Shown one piece after another: positions 26,293-36,719 of a DNA stretch of 64,000 nucleotides. This DNA comes from Minisyncoccota bacterium. GTDB lineage: Bacteria > Patescibacteriota > Minisyncoccia > Phycocordibacterales > JAGLPS01. Positions within the stretch are counted from its first letter, which is position 1. Each line of letters begins with the position of its first letter. The stretch spans positions 47,458 through 111,457 of the forward strand of contig JAGLPS010000002.1 of NCBI GenBank assembly GCA_023137185.1, read 5' to 3'. The position numbers and the translations under genes are program-made. The notes under the pieces are model-generated. The model was not told the DNA's origin. It ran no database searches and was given only the letters and a program-made list of their open reading frames with translations.

Positions 26293-28449
26293 TTACTCAA
26301 AATGAATCTTCTCTCTTTTTTCTTCGATGTTCTTTTTGAGAAGAGGGTAGTCGATCAGGGCGGAATCCGAATCAATGAGTTGTGTTGCTTCCTCCCGCGC
26401 CGCTTCAACCATTTTTATATTGCGAAGTGCTTCCATCCCTAAATCTGTCAGTCCCCATTGTTTTTTTCCATAAAGGTCCCCAGAACCACGCTGCGCAAGG
26501 TCAAATTCAGCAAGTTCAAATCCGTTTTTTGCTTTAACCATACTTTGAAGTCGTTCAAGTGAACTCTCGCTTTTTGTGTCCGCGAACACAAAACAGTATG
26601 ACTGATGCGTACTTCTAATCACACGTCCACGAAGTTGATGGAGTTGGGCAAGCCCAAATCGTTCAGCTCCCTCAATAATAATAACCGTTGCATCAGGGAC
26701 GTTCACTCCCACTTCAATAACTGAAGTGGCAACCAAAATATCAATTTCTCCATTTTTGAATTCTTGCATCACATCTTCTTTCTCCTTTTTTAACATTTTG
26801 CCATGAAGAATTCCGATTTCATTTTTTGGAAACACTTCTTTTTTTAATCGCCTCGCTTCCTCTTTTACTGATTTTACGTTAAGGGCCAATTCTTTTGTCG
26901 GGTCTGGTTCGTCGATGCGAGGACATATTACGTAGGCTTGCCGTCCGGCAGAGAGCTCCTTTTTTATCACTTCATACGCGGTGTTTCGTTTGGTGGGAAG
27001 AACAATTTCGGTAATTACCGGTTTTCTGCCGGACGGCATCTCATCAAGAAGCGTAATATCGAGATCTCCATAGACTGTAAGCGCAAGTGTGCGGGGGATA
27101 GGAGTCGCTGTCATTGAAAGGAGGTGGGGAAGCACTACGTCCTGCTTATGCCTCAGATTTTTTCGCTGCTTTGTGCCAAAACGGTGTTGCTCATCAATTA
27201 CCACAAATGCAAGATTCCTAAATTCAACTGTTTTTTGAATCAATGCATGAGTTCCAACAAGAATTGGAATTTCTCCGTTCTCGACCCATTTTAGAAGCTG
27301 ACTGCGGGAAATATCTGTCGCTTTTTCAGAATTTACCTTTGAAGGAAATTTCTTGCACCCACTTCCTGTAATAAGTCCTATTTGTATGGGCAGATGCTTG
27401 AAATATTCAATGAAAGACTCAAAATGCTGTTGCGCAAGAATTTCTGTGGGAGCCATATATGCTACCTGTAAATTTCCGTAGTCCTGCTTAGGCGGCGAGG
27501 TGGTTACAATGGCATATGCTACTGTTGCGGCAACGGCAGTTTTTCCAGAACCAACGTCTCCTTCCAAGAGTCGTGACATTGGCGTATGTTTTGAAAAATC
27601 TTCCAAAATTTTATCTATTGCCTTTTCTTGCGCGGAGGTTAAAGAAAATGAGAATCGAGCAGTAAATTCTCCCAGTTCTTTTTTTGTTTTTCTTATTTTA
27701 AACGCTGAATATTCCGCGTATAATTTTCGCTCTTTTTGTTTCTGAAGTTGAATGTAAAATACTTCCTCAAAGGCAAATCGTTTGCGCGCTGATAGGCTGT
27801 CCTCCTTCCGTTTGGGCGCGTGTATCCAAATGAGAGCGGTACGGAGCGAGGGAAGGTGGTATTTCTCAAGAATGCGTGTTGGAATTGAATCTTCGAGGGT
27901 ATCAAGAACGCCACCCTTGAGTATTTTTTGTATTGAGTGAAATATCCAGCGCGAAGTGACGCCCCGTGTTTCCCGATATATCGGATATGCGAATCCATTT
28001 TCACTTTTCCCAAACAAAGAGTTTCCTACCGCGATAGGGACTTTTTTCACCTTTTCAATCTCTGGATTTACAAATGCCAAATCTCCTTTTCGTTCTGAAA
28101 TTTTTCCCTCAATTTTTACAAAAGTTTCCGGCTGAATCATCTTAGCAATATAGGGTTGGTGAAGCCACACGATTTTTATTGTTCCTGATTCGTCGGAAAG
28201 ACGCGCTTCTGCCATCGGAATTTTTGATTTCCACCCTTTGCGGATTTTGATTTGGGAAATTTTTCCATAAACAAGCGCGGTGTCTCCCTTTTCGAGAGTT
28301 TTTATATTTTTTATTTGGGCGACATTTCCATACCGAGTGGGAAAGTAAAAAAGCAGGTCTTCCACTGTCTCAAGTCCGAGTTTCTTTAGGGCGCAGTTTT
28401 GTGGAGTGAGGATTTTAAATACTTTATCAAGGGGGGAGTTAATATCCAT
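26293..28449 (-). CDS. recG: ATP-dependent DNA helicase RecG
   Basis: N-terminal wedge/OB domain, helicase motifs GDVGSGKT, DEQHRFG, C-terminal domain; 718 aa. Confidence 0.9.
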   Translation of the reverse strand: MDINSPLDKVFKILTPQNCALKKLGLETVEDLLFYFPTRYGNVAQIKNIKTLEKGDTALVYGKISQIKIRKGWKSKIPMAEARLSDESGTIKIVWLHQPYIAKMIQPETFVKIEGKISERKGDLAFVNPEIEKVKKVPIAVGNSLFGKSENGFAYPIYRETRGVTSRWIFHSIQKILKGGVLDTLEDSIPTRILEKYHLPSLRTALIWIHAPKRKEDSLSARKRFAFEEVFYIQLQKQKERKLYAEYSAFKIRKTKKELGEFTARFSFSLTSAQEKAIDKILEDFSKHTPMSRLLEGDVGSGKTAVAATVAYAIVTTSPPKQDYGNLQVAYMAPTEILAQQHFESFIEYFKHLPIQIGLITGSGCKKFPSKVNSEKATDISRSQLLKWVENGEIPILVGTHALIQKTVEFRNLAFVVIDEQHRFGTKQRKNLRHKQDVVLPHLLSMTATPIPRTLALTVYGDLDITLLDEMPSGRKPVITEIVLPTKRNTAYEVIKKELSAGRQAYVICPRIDEPDPTKELALNVKSVKEEARRLKKEVFPKNEIGILHGKMLKKEKEDVMQEFKNGEIDILVATSVIEVGVNVPDATVIIIEGAERFGLAQLHQLRGRVIRSTHQSYCFVFADTKSESSLERLQSMVKAKNGFELAEFDLAQRGSGDLYGKKQWGLTDLGMEALRNIKMVEAAREEATQLIDSDSALIDYPLLKKNIEEKREKIHFE

Positions 28450-28464
28450 ACGATTTATTTATCT

Positions 28465-28998
28465 TTATAGAAACGCGCGAGCGACACCCCCGATTATGAG
28501 AATTCCTATGAAATTGAGAGTAAACGAAAGAGGGATAACGGTAATTGTTCTTGTTTTTGAAATTCCCATAAGAGTTAATCCGATTTCATCGGGGAGGGGG
28601 GACGCGATAATAATTGCTCCGGCAATGGGGGCAAGAAATTTCAATGGTTTCCATTGGAAAAGAGAAAACCATTTTTTGTACTTAAACCGAGCGATGAGCA
28701 GGGAAATATCGCGAGCAAGACGGTCTCTAACAAAAAGAAAAATAAGCATATCGCCGACAACGGCGCCAAGTCCTCCCCAGAATGCGGTAAAGAGAAGTGA
28801 GCCTGACTGGGCGATTTCTCCCAAAGCTATTGCGGCTGGCGCGACAGTAAAGAAAGAAGTAAAGAAAATCCCTGCAATGAAACTTCCAAGAAACCTTGTC
28901 CCACGAGTCGCCGTCAAAAAGTGCTCAAAAATTCCACTTTGGGCAAGGATAACAGCGAGAAGCACACTCAGCACAACTATTGAAAAATCTCGTCGCAT
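28465..28998 (-). CDS. Hypothetical integral membrane protein (~5 TM)
   Basis: Hydrophobicity only. Confidence 0.35.
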   Translation of the reverse strand: MRRDFSIVVLSVLLAVILAQSGIFEHFLTATRGTRFLGSFIAGIFFTSFFTVAPAAIALGEIAQSGSLLFTAFWGGLGAVVGDMLIFLFVRDRLARDISLLIARFKYKKWFSLFQWKPLKFLAPIAGAIIIASPLPDEIGLTLMGISKTRTITVIPLSFTLNFIGILIIGGVARAFL

Positions 28999-29155
28999 AA
29001 GCTATAGAATATCACAAGATTTCCTTTTTGAAGCATTTCTTCCCGAAAGTTTTAAAAATCGCCTCGGGAGATAGCGTAAGCAATATCTCCCGAGGCGATT
29101 TATTGGTTGCCTCTCATCCCTGCAACAGAGCTGCGGGGTGGATGGACGGCCTGTT

Positions 29156-29827
29156 TTATGACGAGTGAACTTTTTCGTTTTTCTTAAGAACTCTTTCTAT
29201 TTTTTTCTCTGATGAAGCAACCCACGAGGGTATTTCAATCGTTGCGATATCTCCTTTCCACGAGTATTCTCGCAGCCGGTTTAATTCTCCAAGTAGCCGG
29301 TATATGTGTGAGACTCTCGTACACCAGTCCATAATCTTCATCTCAAATCCGCTTCCATATATTCGTATCTTTGGAAAATGTTTCTTGAATGTTGCGTATG
29401 CTCTTTGCAATAGAGGAGGAAATGCGCATACAATAAGGCTTTCTGGAAAGAATTTTTTGCTGTGACACACACCAATCCCTTCCATTACCTCGTCGAGTAC
29501 GTTTATTGCCCTATCCTCAACAAAAAGATTTTCCTTTGACACACCTGCCTCAAGCGCATATGAAACATAATTGCACTCTGATGACGATGTACTCTTAAGC
29601 GCTTCCCCCGAAATAATCATTTTGTCCGCTTTTTTCATTCTCCAAAATTTTATCCCGTGTTCTATAATCTGTGGATGATAATGATTGGGAATAAAAATCC
29701 CGTCAGCGTGAGGAAAAGATTCAATCGGCACATCTTCAGGTCTGTTTTCTGAAAGATATGTAAAAATATCTTCGATTGCTGCTACTTCATTTTCTTCTAG
29801 CAATATTTCATTTTCCACCTTTCTCAC
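29156..29827 (-). CDS. DUF218 / YdcF-like protein (tentative)
   Basis: DKMIISGEALKS...YALEAGVSKENLFVEDRAINVLDEV...IVCAFPPLLQRAY resembles the DUF218 core. Confidence 0.4.
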   Translation of the reverse strand: MRKVENEILLEENEVAAIEDIFTYLSENRPEDVPIESFPHADGIFIPNHYHPQIIEHGIKFWRMKKADKMIISGEALKSTSSSECNYVSYALEAGVSKENLFVEDRAINVLDEVMEGIGVCHSKKFFPESLIVCAFPPLLQRAYATFKKHFPKIRIYGSGFEMKIMDWCTRVSHIYRLLGELNRLREYSWKGDIATIEIPSWVASSEKKIERVLKKNEKVHSS

Positions 29828-29952
29828 CTCCTTTCATAGAATGTGAACGAAATCTGCCTCAATCCTACCCCATTCTCTCTTTTTCGCAAATGGCGCGAGC
29901 ACTTTCTGAATCAAGCGCGTACGGTAGGGTTTTTTCGTCGCCGAATTCAATT

Positions 29953-30822
29953 TTAAAGAATTTTTTTTATAAATTTTGTAACAAGCTTGGTTAGCTTTTC
30001 CTCGTGTCCAGTAAAGTCGTGGCTACAATTTTTTAGATAATGAGTTTCAGTTTTTGCATTCTGTTGCTCCATAAGTTTTAATGCTTCATCGGGCGGAATA
30101 GCCGTATATTCATATTTATCCCCGATTGCGGCAAATATCGGCGCAGAAATTGTTTTGTACATTTCAAGTTTCCCAGTATGGAATGGTAAGGCTTTTAGTA
30201 TTTCAGCATTTGGTCCAAGAGTATTCACCAAAGACCTTGCGCTTTTAGGCATAATACCCGCATAGGCAGTGCGTTTCATAAACTCGTCACCTTTACTGGC
30301 ATCAATCAATTTTTGCGCCTCCTCTAAAAGTTTTTCAACATTTTTTCTATCAATTTCTGATGGCTGATAGTTATCATTATATATATGATAACCCGGAGAA
30401 CTTGCTGGTGCCAAAAGAATTACACCGGATATTTTTTCTTTGTATTTTCCTTTTGCCATATAGTAAACGACTTTTTCTGTTCCTAAACTATGGCCGGAGA
30501 GAATGATTTTGGTGTAACCCTTTTGAATGACAAACTCCACCCACGCGTCAATATCAAGCAAACAGTCTTCAAACATTTCAACCGCCGCTCCTTTTTCGGC
30601 CCACGCGTCATATACGCCAGTTCCTCGATTGTTTGTTGAGAGCATTGAGATTTCTTCTTCAACAAACTCTTTTGTCATATACTCAATAAAATCTTCCTCA
30701 TAGAAATTACTTGCGGTTCCGTGAATATTGATAAAAACGGCTTTTGGATTCTTTGCCTCGACAAAAAGACTATGAAGCAAAAAGCCATCTTTCGTTTCAA
30801 CTTGTGTTATTGGGTATTTCAT
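29953..30822 (-). CDS. Alpha/beta-fold hydrolase
   Basis: Nucleophile elbow GHSLG and an HGTASN oxyanion region. Confidence 0.7.
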   Translation of the reverse strand: MKYPITQVETKDGFLLHSLFVEAKNPKAVFINIHGTASNFYEEDFIEYMTKEFVEEEISMLSTNNRGTGVYDAWAEKGAAVEMFEDCLLDIDAWVEFVIQKGYTKIILSGHSLGTEKVVYYMAKGKYKEKISGVILLAPASSPGYHIYNDNYQPSEIDRKNVEKLLEEAQKLIDASKGDEFMKRTAYAGIMPKSARSLVNTLGPNAEILKALPFHTGKLEMYKTISAPIFAAIGDKYEYTAIPPDEALKLMEQQNAKTETHYLKNCSHDFTGHEEKLTKLVTKFIKKIL

Positions 30823-31057
30823 ATGTTATTAAAAAATAGATTCTGCAGTATTTGTGGATTTCTCTGCGAAATGTACAAATTGGCGGTACCTTTTGGTTGA
30901 AATCCGAACCTTTTTTGAACAGAACTTCGATTAGCCACGCGCAGAGTGCCTGGTGACTCTGAACGAAATCTTACGCTCCAATTCTAATTGCGCAAGGGCA
31001 AAAATTCCTTCCTCCAGACACCTTTCCTTTTTGCCATAATATGTTTTAAGAACGAGG

Positions 31058-32797
31058 TTATTCTATCTGTTTTCCGATATCTTTAATTTCTTTTTTTATA
31101 AAACTCTCTGCATCATCCAGGTCTTTTTTTAGATGCTTTATAACCTTTTCCTCCACCTTTGTGAGTTCTCTTTTGAACTTCGTTTTATCTAAAAATTCAA
31201 TTTGTTTCTGTATATCTTCTTTTAATAAATCAAATGCTTTACGCAAACTATCTTCGGCCTCTTTCACCTCTTTTTTTAATTTCTTTTTAAGCGCAGAGAA
31301 TCTATGCCAACCGAGCCAAACAAGCGAAAGCAAGGTAAATATTATTATAATCAACAAAATTATCAAAGATAGATAGCTCGTCAAAAGAGAAATAATAGTA
31401 TCTAAAAATCTGGACTTAACTGCAATAACATATTCATTAGTAAGATGACTTTTGGCGCCTCTAGAATCTGTTACTTCAGCCCAAATTCTGTAAACACCTC
31501 TATCTAGCACTTCTTTAGCAACAAACTCAAATTTACCTTCGTTGTTGCTTGAAATATCTTGAGCGATAGCTTCTTCCCCTTTTTTCTTTAACCAAATAGT
31601 TACGGTTGCATCAGGATAAGTTTCTCCCTTAATTATTAAAATATCTCCTTGTATCAATTTTGTTGGGCACTCTGTAATTTTAGGCGTTTTAATTGCAAGA
31701 ACAGTAAACTCTTCAGTTGCAGTTGTGTAATTACCAGCTTTATCATAGGCCTGCACGATAATACTCCGCTTGCCGAACGATTGTATCGGGAGAGTATATA
31801 AATTAGATGTCACTAATTGGCTCGCGATGAAATAGTCTCCTTCGCCTATTTTGACTTTGTAATGGTCAATGCCCGACATCAAATCAATTGTCTTGAATAG
31901 AACTTCTGGCTGCGGATTGTCGTCTTCTTTTCCGCCAGGAAATTTGATATCAAATGCTTTTGGCGGCTGTGTATCAATCAACACCTTGCGATGCGTAATG
32001 CCTCCCCAACCATATTTATTTTTGAAACAGACATGGAAATAATAAGTCCCGTCTAGCATCTCATCAATTTTCTTTTCAGAAATTACCGGCGTATACAGTA
32101 CGGTAGGAGTAGCAATAGGCAATTTTCCAATCAGCAATTTAACTGCCGTCACATCGCTAGGTACGTCCCAAGAAAACTCGGGGGTATTGTTCGGGTACCA
32201 TTTATTGGCATCCGAGTGGGTAGATGAAATAATATCTGGTGCTGTCGGCGCGCCACCTATTACAGTAGGTGTCGTCGCTTTGGGAGCTGTTTGTCCAGTA
32301 ACAGATGGATTCAAATCAAACTGCGCGCTAGACATAACAGATAAAATATTTGTTCCTTGTCCATCATTAGCCAATACCGAACCCGAATTAAAAGCCAAAG
32401 AAACATTACCTGCTGACTTCGCTTTAAAATTTATAGTAAGAATTTTACCTGTTTGCCCGATAAAACCGGGGTTTAGAACGATTCCCTCAAAAGTTATATT
32501 GCCTGCAATATTAGAAAAAGTTGGCTCTTGCACCCAAAGCGAGAAAATAGAATTGGCTTTAGAGACAGATGTCACTTGTAATTTATCCGAAGAAAAAAAT
32601 ACCACTCCAGAAGCCGCATTCATTGCTTGATCAGAACTAGAGACATAAACATTTACAGAAAATGTTTGTCCGACGAGGTGCGAGCCAGAAGAAGGAGAAA
32701 AATACAAAGAAGCGGCGTTTGCCTTACCGAAAATGCAAAATGTGAAAATTAAAATACTAAAAAAGAATATAAAATTTAATATTTTTTTCTTCTCCAT
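31058..32797 (-). CDS. Cell-surface protein: signal peptide, cohesin-like domain, Ig-like repeats, C-terminal TM anchor and a cytoplasmic coiled-coil tail
   Basis: The N-terminal domain ASLYFSPSSG...VNVYVSS...KLQVTSV...ILTINFKAKSAGNVSLAF...LANDGQGT fits the cohesin pattern; TM LIILLIIIIFTLLSLVWL, then a KE-rich coiled coil. Confidence 0.55.
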   Translation of the reverse strand: MEKKKILNFIFFFSILIFTFCIFGKANAASLYFSPSSGSHLVGQTFSVNVYVSSSDQAMNAASGVVFFSSDKLQVTSVSKANSIFSLWVQEPTFSNIAGNITFEGIVLNPGFIGQTGKILTINFKAKSAGNVSLAFNSGSVLANDGQGTNILSVMSSAQFDLNPSVTGQTAPKATTPTVIGGAPTAPDIISSTHSDANKWYPNNTPEFSWDVPSDVTAVKLLIGKLPIATPTVLYTPVISEKKIDEMLDGTYYFHVCFKNKYGWGGITHRKVLIDTQPPKAFDIKFPGGKEDDNPQPEVLFKTIDLMSGIDHYKVKIGEGDYFIASQLVTSNLYTLPIQSFGKRSIIVQAYDKAGNYTTATEEFTVLAIKTPKITECPTKLIQGDILIIKGETYPDATVTIWLKKKGEEAIAQDISSNNEGKFEFVAKEVLDRGVYRIWAEVTDSRGAKSHLTNEYVIAVKSRFLDTIISLLTSYLSLIILLIIIIFTLLSLVWLGWHRFSALKKKLKKEVKEAEDSLRKAFDLLKEDIQKQIEFLDKTKFKRELTKVEEKVIKHLKKDLDDAESFIKKEIKDIGKQIE

Positions 32798-33387
32798 AGT
32801 ATATAAATAAAAAGAAGTCCTGATATAATTATTATACCGTAAATAAATCCAATAGTCTTATCTGATACTGCTTCTCCCGAAATATCCACAGAAAAAGGTA
32901 TTAGGGAAACATCAGTTTCAGTACCCTTGCCGTCATTAAGCAACGCCCGCGTATTTTCCAAAATAATAGAACCATCACCGACACTCTTCGCTTTAAAAAC
33001 AAGAGTCAAAATTTTTCCAGATTCAATTTCTTTCTGAAAAGGATCTCTTACACCATCAAACCCGCCGGGGATTATCCCTGCAAAAATAATTTCTCCTGCT
33101 TTTTCCAATGACGGATCTTCAATCCACAAATTAATAACAGAATCCGTGTAACGAATATCAACCAAACTTAACTTATCTTTTGAAAAAATTACTCTTCCTT
33201 CAATTGCGTTTATCCGTTCTCCTTCTGTATCAAGCATAAGAAATACTTCCGCTTCGCCGTTTGTTTTTATATTTATGTGAGGCGGCGAAAAGTAGAAGAT
33301 AGCCGCATCGACAACTTGGGTCATAAATAATGAATCAAGAATTATGACCATACAAATAACAAATGCGAGTTTTTTCAAAAAATTCAT
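32776..33387 (-). CDS. Membrane-anchored cohesin-like domain protein (start taken at MNFLKK)
   Basis: AAIFYFSPPHINIK...KLSLVDIRYT...ILTLVFKAKSVGDGSIILENTRALLNDGKGT, paralogous to the N-terminal domain of 31058-32797; C-terminal TM helix. Confidence 0.5.
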   Translation of the reverse strand: MNFLKKLAFVICMVIILDSLFMTQVVDAAIFYFSPPHINIKTNGEAEVFLMLDTEGERINAIEGRVIFSKDKLSLVDIRYTDSVINLWIEDPSLEKAGEIIFAGIIPGGFDGVRDPFQKEIESGKILTLVFKAKSVGDGSIILENTRALLNDGKGTETDVSLIPFSVDISGEAVSDKTIGFIYGIIIISGLLFIYILWRRKKY

Positions 33388-33436
33388 AATTCGTGGTTTA
33401 TAATTCATAATCTGGCTAAAATTTGCAAAGCAAATT

Positions 33437-34840
33437 TTAGCCAGTCCAATAAAAAGCAAGAATGCTAAAATCTATCAGATCAACTTTGCCGTCGTTGTTT
33501 AAATCAACAGAAGCCAGCGGCGACGGTCTTTTATACCAATAAGCGACAATCGAAAAATCAACCAAATTTACTCTTTTATCGCTATTCGTATCTCCTTTGG
33601 CTGGAGAGACTGTCTTTTCTGGAAGCTCTGCCAGAATATTTCTATCTCCAACTTTAAAAGCAATAACTTTTGAAAAAGTCGTTATGTCATTATTTTTAGC
33701 TGCTTTAGCACGCGTACTGTGGTCACCGTACTCAATTTCTGATGTATCAAATTTGTAGAGCCATACACCTGATTCATCGGCAGTGATTCTTTTTACCAAT
33801 TCTTCGTTCGAATTTATAAAAACAGTAATATCAGCTTCTGGAACGCTTTGTCCAAGAATATTTAAATTATCTCCTCGTTTTACTTCCGTTTTTTCAACAA
33901 AAATTGTTGGAGGGATAAAAATACCACTAATAACGGTTGTTACACCACTTGTAACACTAATAGTAAATGTGTGAGTAATAGAACGATTTCCTTTTGAATT
34001 TTCGGCCCAAACACCAAAAGTATGAGTACCTGACGAAAGCCCAGAAAGCTGTATTTCAAAATTAGCATCAAGTCCGGCTTTGGTCGTCGCAGCAACTTGA
34101 GCGTTTCTCAAAATAGTAATATCGCTATCCGGATAAGCCCTACCTTTGAAAGTCACTTTTGTCACTGAAGTTATAATTCCGCCACCACCACCGCCACCAC
34201 CACAACTGCCACAGTCAGCGGAACATGTACTACAAGTTTCATTTCCGTTACAGCTTCCATCTCCACAACTTGCCGCAGGCGTAGGCGCATCGCCTATCAA
34301 AGAAAAAAAACTGAATTGTTGGGTTGTGGCAATAACAGTATTTAGTCCTGTATCAACAGCGTTATTGTCTAAACTAACCCAACTAGAACCATTCCAGCGG
34401 TGTGCCACCAATGTGCTTTCATCAATCCCACTAATGTCAGAATCTGTGTAATGAAAAGTTAAAGTTATAGGCTTATCAAACGAAGTAACAGAGCTAGAAT
34501 CGCTTGTTTTAGTAAACGATAAATCATAAAAAGTATTAGCAGCCAATTTGCCACTAGACAAAGGCCGGCTAGCAACAACCGCAACTTCATCAGTTGATTC
34601 CATTTGCATTCTTATTTCGTTACCAGTACTGAGAGAATCTTCTGGAAAGCTTATATCAAAACTTGTGTCGTTAGAATTTTCTAAGCTTTCGGAAAAGGAG
34701 TTTGAGGAATCAAAATCATGAGACTCTTCTGCATAAAGAACAGTGACATTTAAAACTGCTTCTCCTGAAAATAAAGGAGCCGGATAAACAAATAGTGTTA
34801 AAACAATACCCAAAACGCAAAAAACTTGAAAACCTTTCAT
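33437..34840 (-). CDS. Secreted dockerin-domain protein with Cys-rich and poly-Gly linkers
   Basis: C-terminal DTNSDKRVNLVDFSIVAYWY....VDLNNDGKVDLIDFSILAFYW is a duplicated dockerin type I calcium-binding repeat; CGDGSCNGNETCSTCSADCGSCGGGGGGGG linker; signal peptide. Confidence 0.6.
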   Translation of the reverse strand: MKGFQVFCVLGIVLTLFVYPAPLFSGEAVLNVTVLYAEESHDFDSSNSFSESLENSNDTSFDISFPEDSLSTGNEIRMQMESTDEVAVVASRPLSSGKLAANTFYDLSFTKTSDSSSVTSFDKPITLTFHYTDSDISGIDESTLVAHRWNGSSWVSLDNNAVDTGLNTVIATTQQFSFFSLIGDAPTPAASCGDGSCNGNETCSTCSADCGSCGGGGGGGGIITSVTKVTFKGRAYPDSDITILRNAQVAATTKAGLDANFEIQLSGLSSGTHTFGVWAENSKGNRSITHTFTISVTSGVTTVISGIFIPPTIFVEKTEVKRGDNLNILGQSVPEADITVFINSNEELVKRITADESGVWLYKFDTSEIEYGDHSTRAKAAKNNDITTFSKVIAFKVGDRNILAELPEKTVSPAKGDTNSDKRVNLVDFSIVAYWYKRPSPLASVDLNNDGKVDLIDFSILAFYWTG

Positions 34841-34848
34841 CCATTCTT

Positions 34849-35769
34849 TTACTTATTTATTGATATAGATATATTAAGTTTTTTCTTAAGAAATTTCAAA
34901 ACAAAGAAGAGGACAACAACACAAAGAATAAAACTTACCAAATACCAAAGTGGAAAAGCATAAAAAGTAACGGCTGTCGCAGTCAAAACATTGCCTTCAC
35001 CGTCCTTAATGTTTATTTCCGCTTTATAACGGCCCAAAAGCAAACTGGCAGTCTGCCAACTAGCGAATAAAGTGCGGACTCCGCCAGGAAGAACAATTTG
35101 CCCAGAAATTGGTATATTTGCTACTTCCTTACCAAAAATATTGGTAATTCTTATTGTTCCCTTTGGCTCAAAATGAACCGTACCTGTATTTTCAAAATCA
35201 ACATTAAAATTAACAGGTCCCTTTTGAACAAATTTTTCTGACGAAAAACCAAGCAAATCACCTTTTTGCAAATGACTACCAGGGATTGTTACAAAAATAA
35301 GCATTCCAAGTTCAGTGCCTATTTTTAACTGTCCTTCCTCAACTATTTTATTTGCTTTAAATAAAGCCACACCAAAATGACCGCCGGGCTCGGCGTTGTT
35401 GGGCGCGTTTATAGTATAGGTAACTTGTTTGCTTCCGTTTTCCGGAAGGATAAAAGTATAACCAGGATCAAGTGTTACCCAGTCTTTTACTGTTGTTACG
35501 CCTTCAGCTCGCTCTATAATCTGGATAGTTACGGTACCTTTTAACGGCACAAAGTCTTTTATGTTTACTTCAACCTTGACTGGCTCGTCACTACGATTGA
35601 TAACCTGGATTTTCCCAGAAACAGAATCACCGGGATTTATGGTGTGGGAAACCTTAACTGGCTCAATAGTCAGACCAACAGAAGCATCAACATGAAATAC
35701 ACTTAATCCAAAACAAACAAACAGTAAACCAAACACTGCCAAAAACTTAATTGGATAATCTAGTTTCAT
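34849..35769 (-). CDS. Surface protein with signal peptide, beta-sandwich domains (DUF916/CscA-like, tentative) and a C-terminal TM anchor
   Basis: Architecture of signal peptide + all-beta region + C-terminal hydrophobic helix + KKK. Confidence 0.4.
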   Translation of the reverse strand: MKLDYPIKFLAVFGLLFVCFGLSVFHVDASVGLTIEPVKVSHTINPGDSVSGKIQVINRSDEPVKVEVNIKDFVPLKGTVTIQIIERAEGVTTVKDWVTLDPGYTFILPENGSKQVTYTINAPNNAEPGGHFGVALFKANKIVEEGQLKIGTELGMLIFVTIPGSHLQKGDLLGFSSEKFVQKGPVNFNVDFENTGTVHFEPKGTIRITNIFGKEVANIPISGQIVLPGGVRTLFASWQTASLLLGRYKAEINIKDGEGNVLTATAVTFYAFPLWYLVSFILCVVVLFFVLKFLKKKLNISISINK

Positions 35770-35809
35770 TGAACTTTATAACTAAAGCAATCTGCAAAAC
35801 ACAATCTGG

Positions 35810-36517
35810 TTATGGGTTTACAACCGTTGTATAAGTTAAATCACCGGCATAATCACCACCCTGTTGAGTAGAGGCTACCTCCAAGTGATACAAAACAGTA
35901 TTAAGGTGGTCACTGGCGCTATAAGAACCAGTGCCCGCATTTCCGATCTGAGTAACATCGGTAGTACTAGCAATACCTGCCCACAAGCAATTAGCGTTAT
36001 CAGCATAAGAATCCTCCGTACCCCACCAAGTAGTTGCGAGAAAAGGTGTGCCATTTGTACTAGAAGCGCTCATTACTCTAAAAGCAAGAACATCACCACT
36101 ATTATCAAAAGAACCAATCTGCACAGCAGTTCCGGCAGAAGTTGTAGCAGCGCCTGCCGTCCATTGCGTCTGGTCGGTAATACCAACCGCAGCGTCACTG
36201 TCATTGTCCATCACTGTATTGCCAGTGGCCTGGTCATCTCCATAAAGCGTAACGTTCCACCCGGAAGTGTTATTGGTATTAACATTCAGTGTGCTTGTGG
36301 CAAAAACCACAGCACCTCCAGCAGTAATAGACGGGAAAGTATCAGTAGAAACGGTGGCGCTAATAGTTGATGATACAGTTGCGGTCAAACTGGCTCCGTC
36401 AGTTTCAGCGAAAGCAACATAGGCAATATAGAAACTGGAAAAGATAAGACTTATAATAAGCACTGACGACAACAGTAAATTCAAGTCTTCTTTTGTTGTT
36501 TTTGAATAAGTTAGCAT
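35810..36517 (-). CDS. WxL-like surface protein (tentative)
   Basis: SGWNVTLYGDD ... CLWAGIAS ... YAGDLTYTTVVNP C-terminal pattern resembles WxL domains; ~60% identical to the C-terminus of 36720-37937. Confidence 0.4.
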   Translation of the reverse strand: MLTYSKTTKEDLNLLLSSVLIISLIFSSFYIAYVAFAETDGASLTATVSSTISATVSTDTFPSITAGGAVVFATSTLNVNTNNTSGWNVTLYGDDQATGNTVMDNDSDAAVGITDQTQWTAGAATTSAGTAVQIGSFDNSGDVLAFRVMSASSTNGTPFLATTWWGTEDSYADNANCLWAGIASTTDVTQIGNAGTGSYSASDHLNTVLYHLEVASTQQGGDYAGDLTYTTVVNP

Positions 36518-36719
36518 ATTGTTAAATTGTTAAACTAAAAATAAATTCCCCAACCGAATTTGGGTTCAAAAATTGTATTAAATTTTCCAATAAATTTAGT
36601 GGTGTGTATGTGATTAAACATAGATAAAATCTAACTACGCAAAGTTAAAATTATACTATTATTTTATAATTATAATAAAATTATTTAAAAGTTGCAAAAG
36701 ATATCCACAAGTATCGATA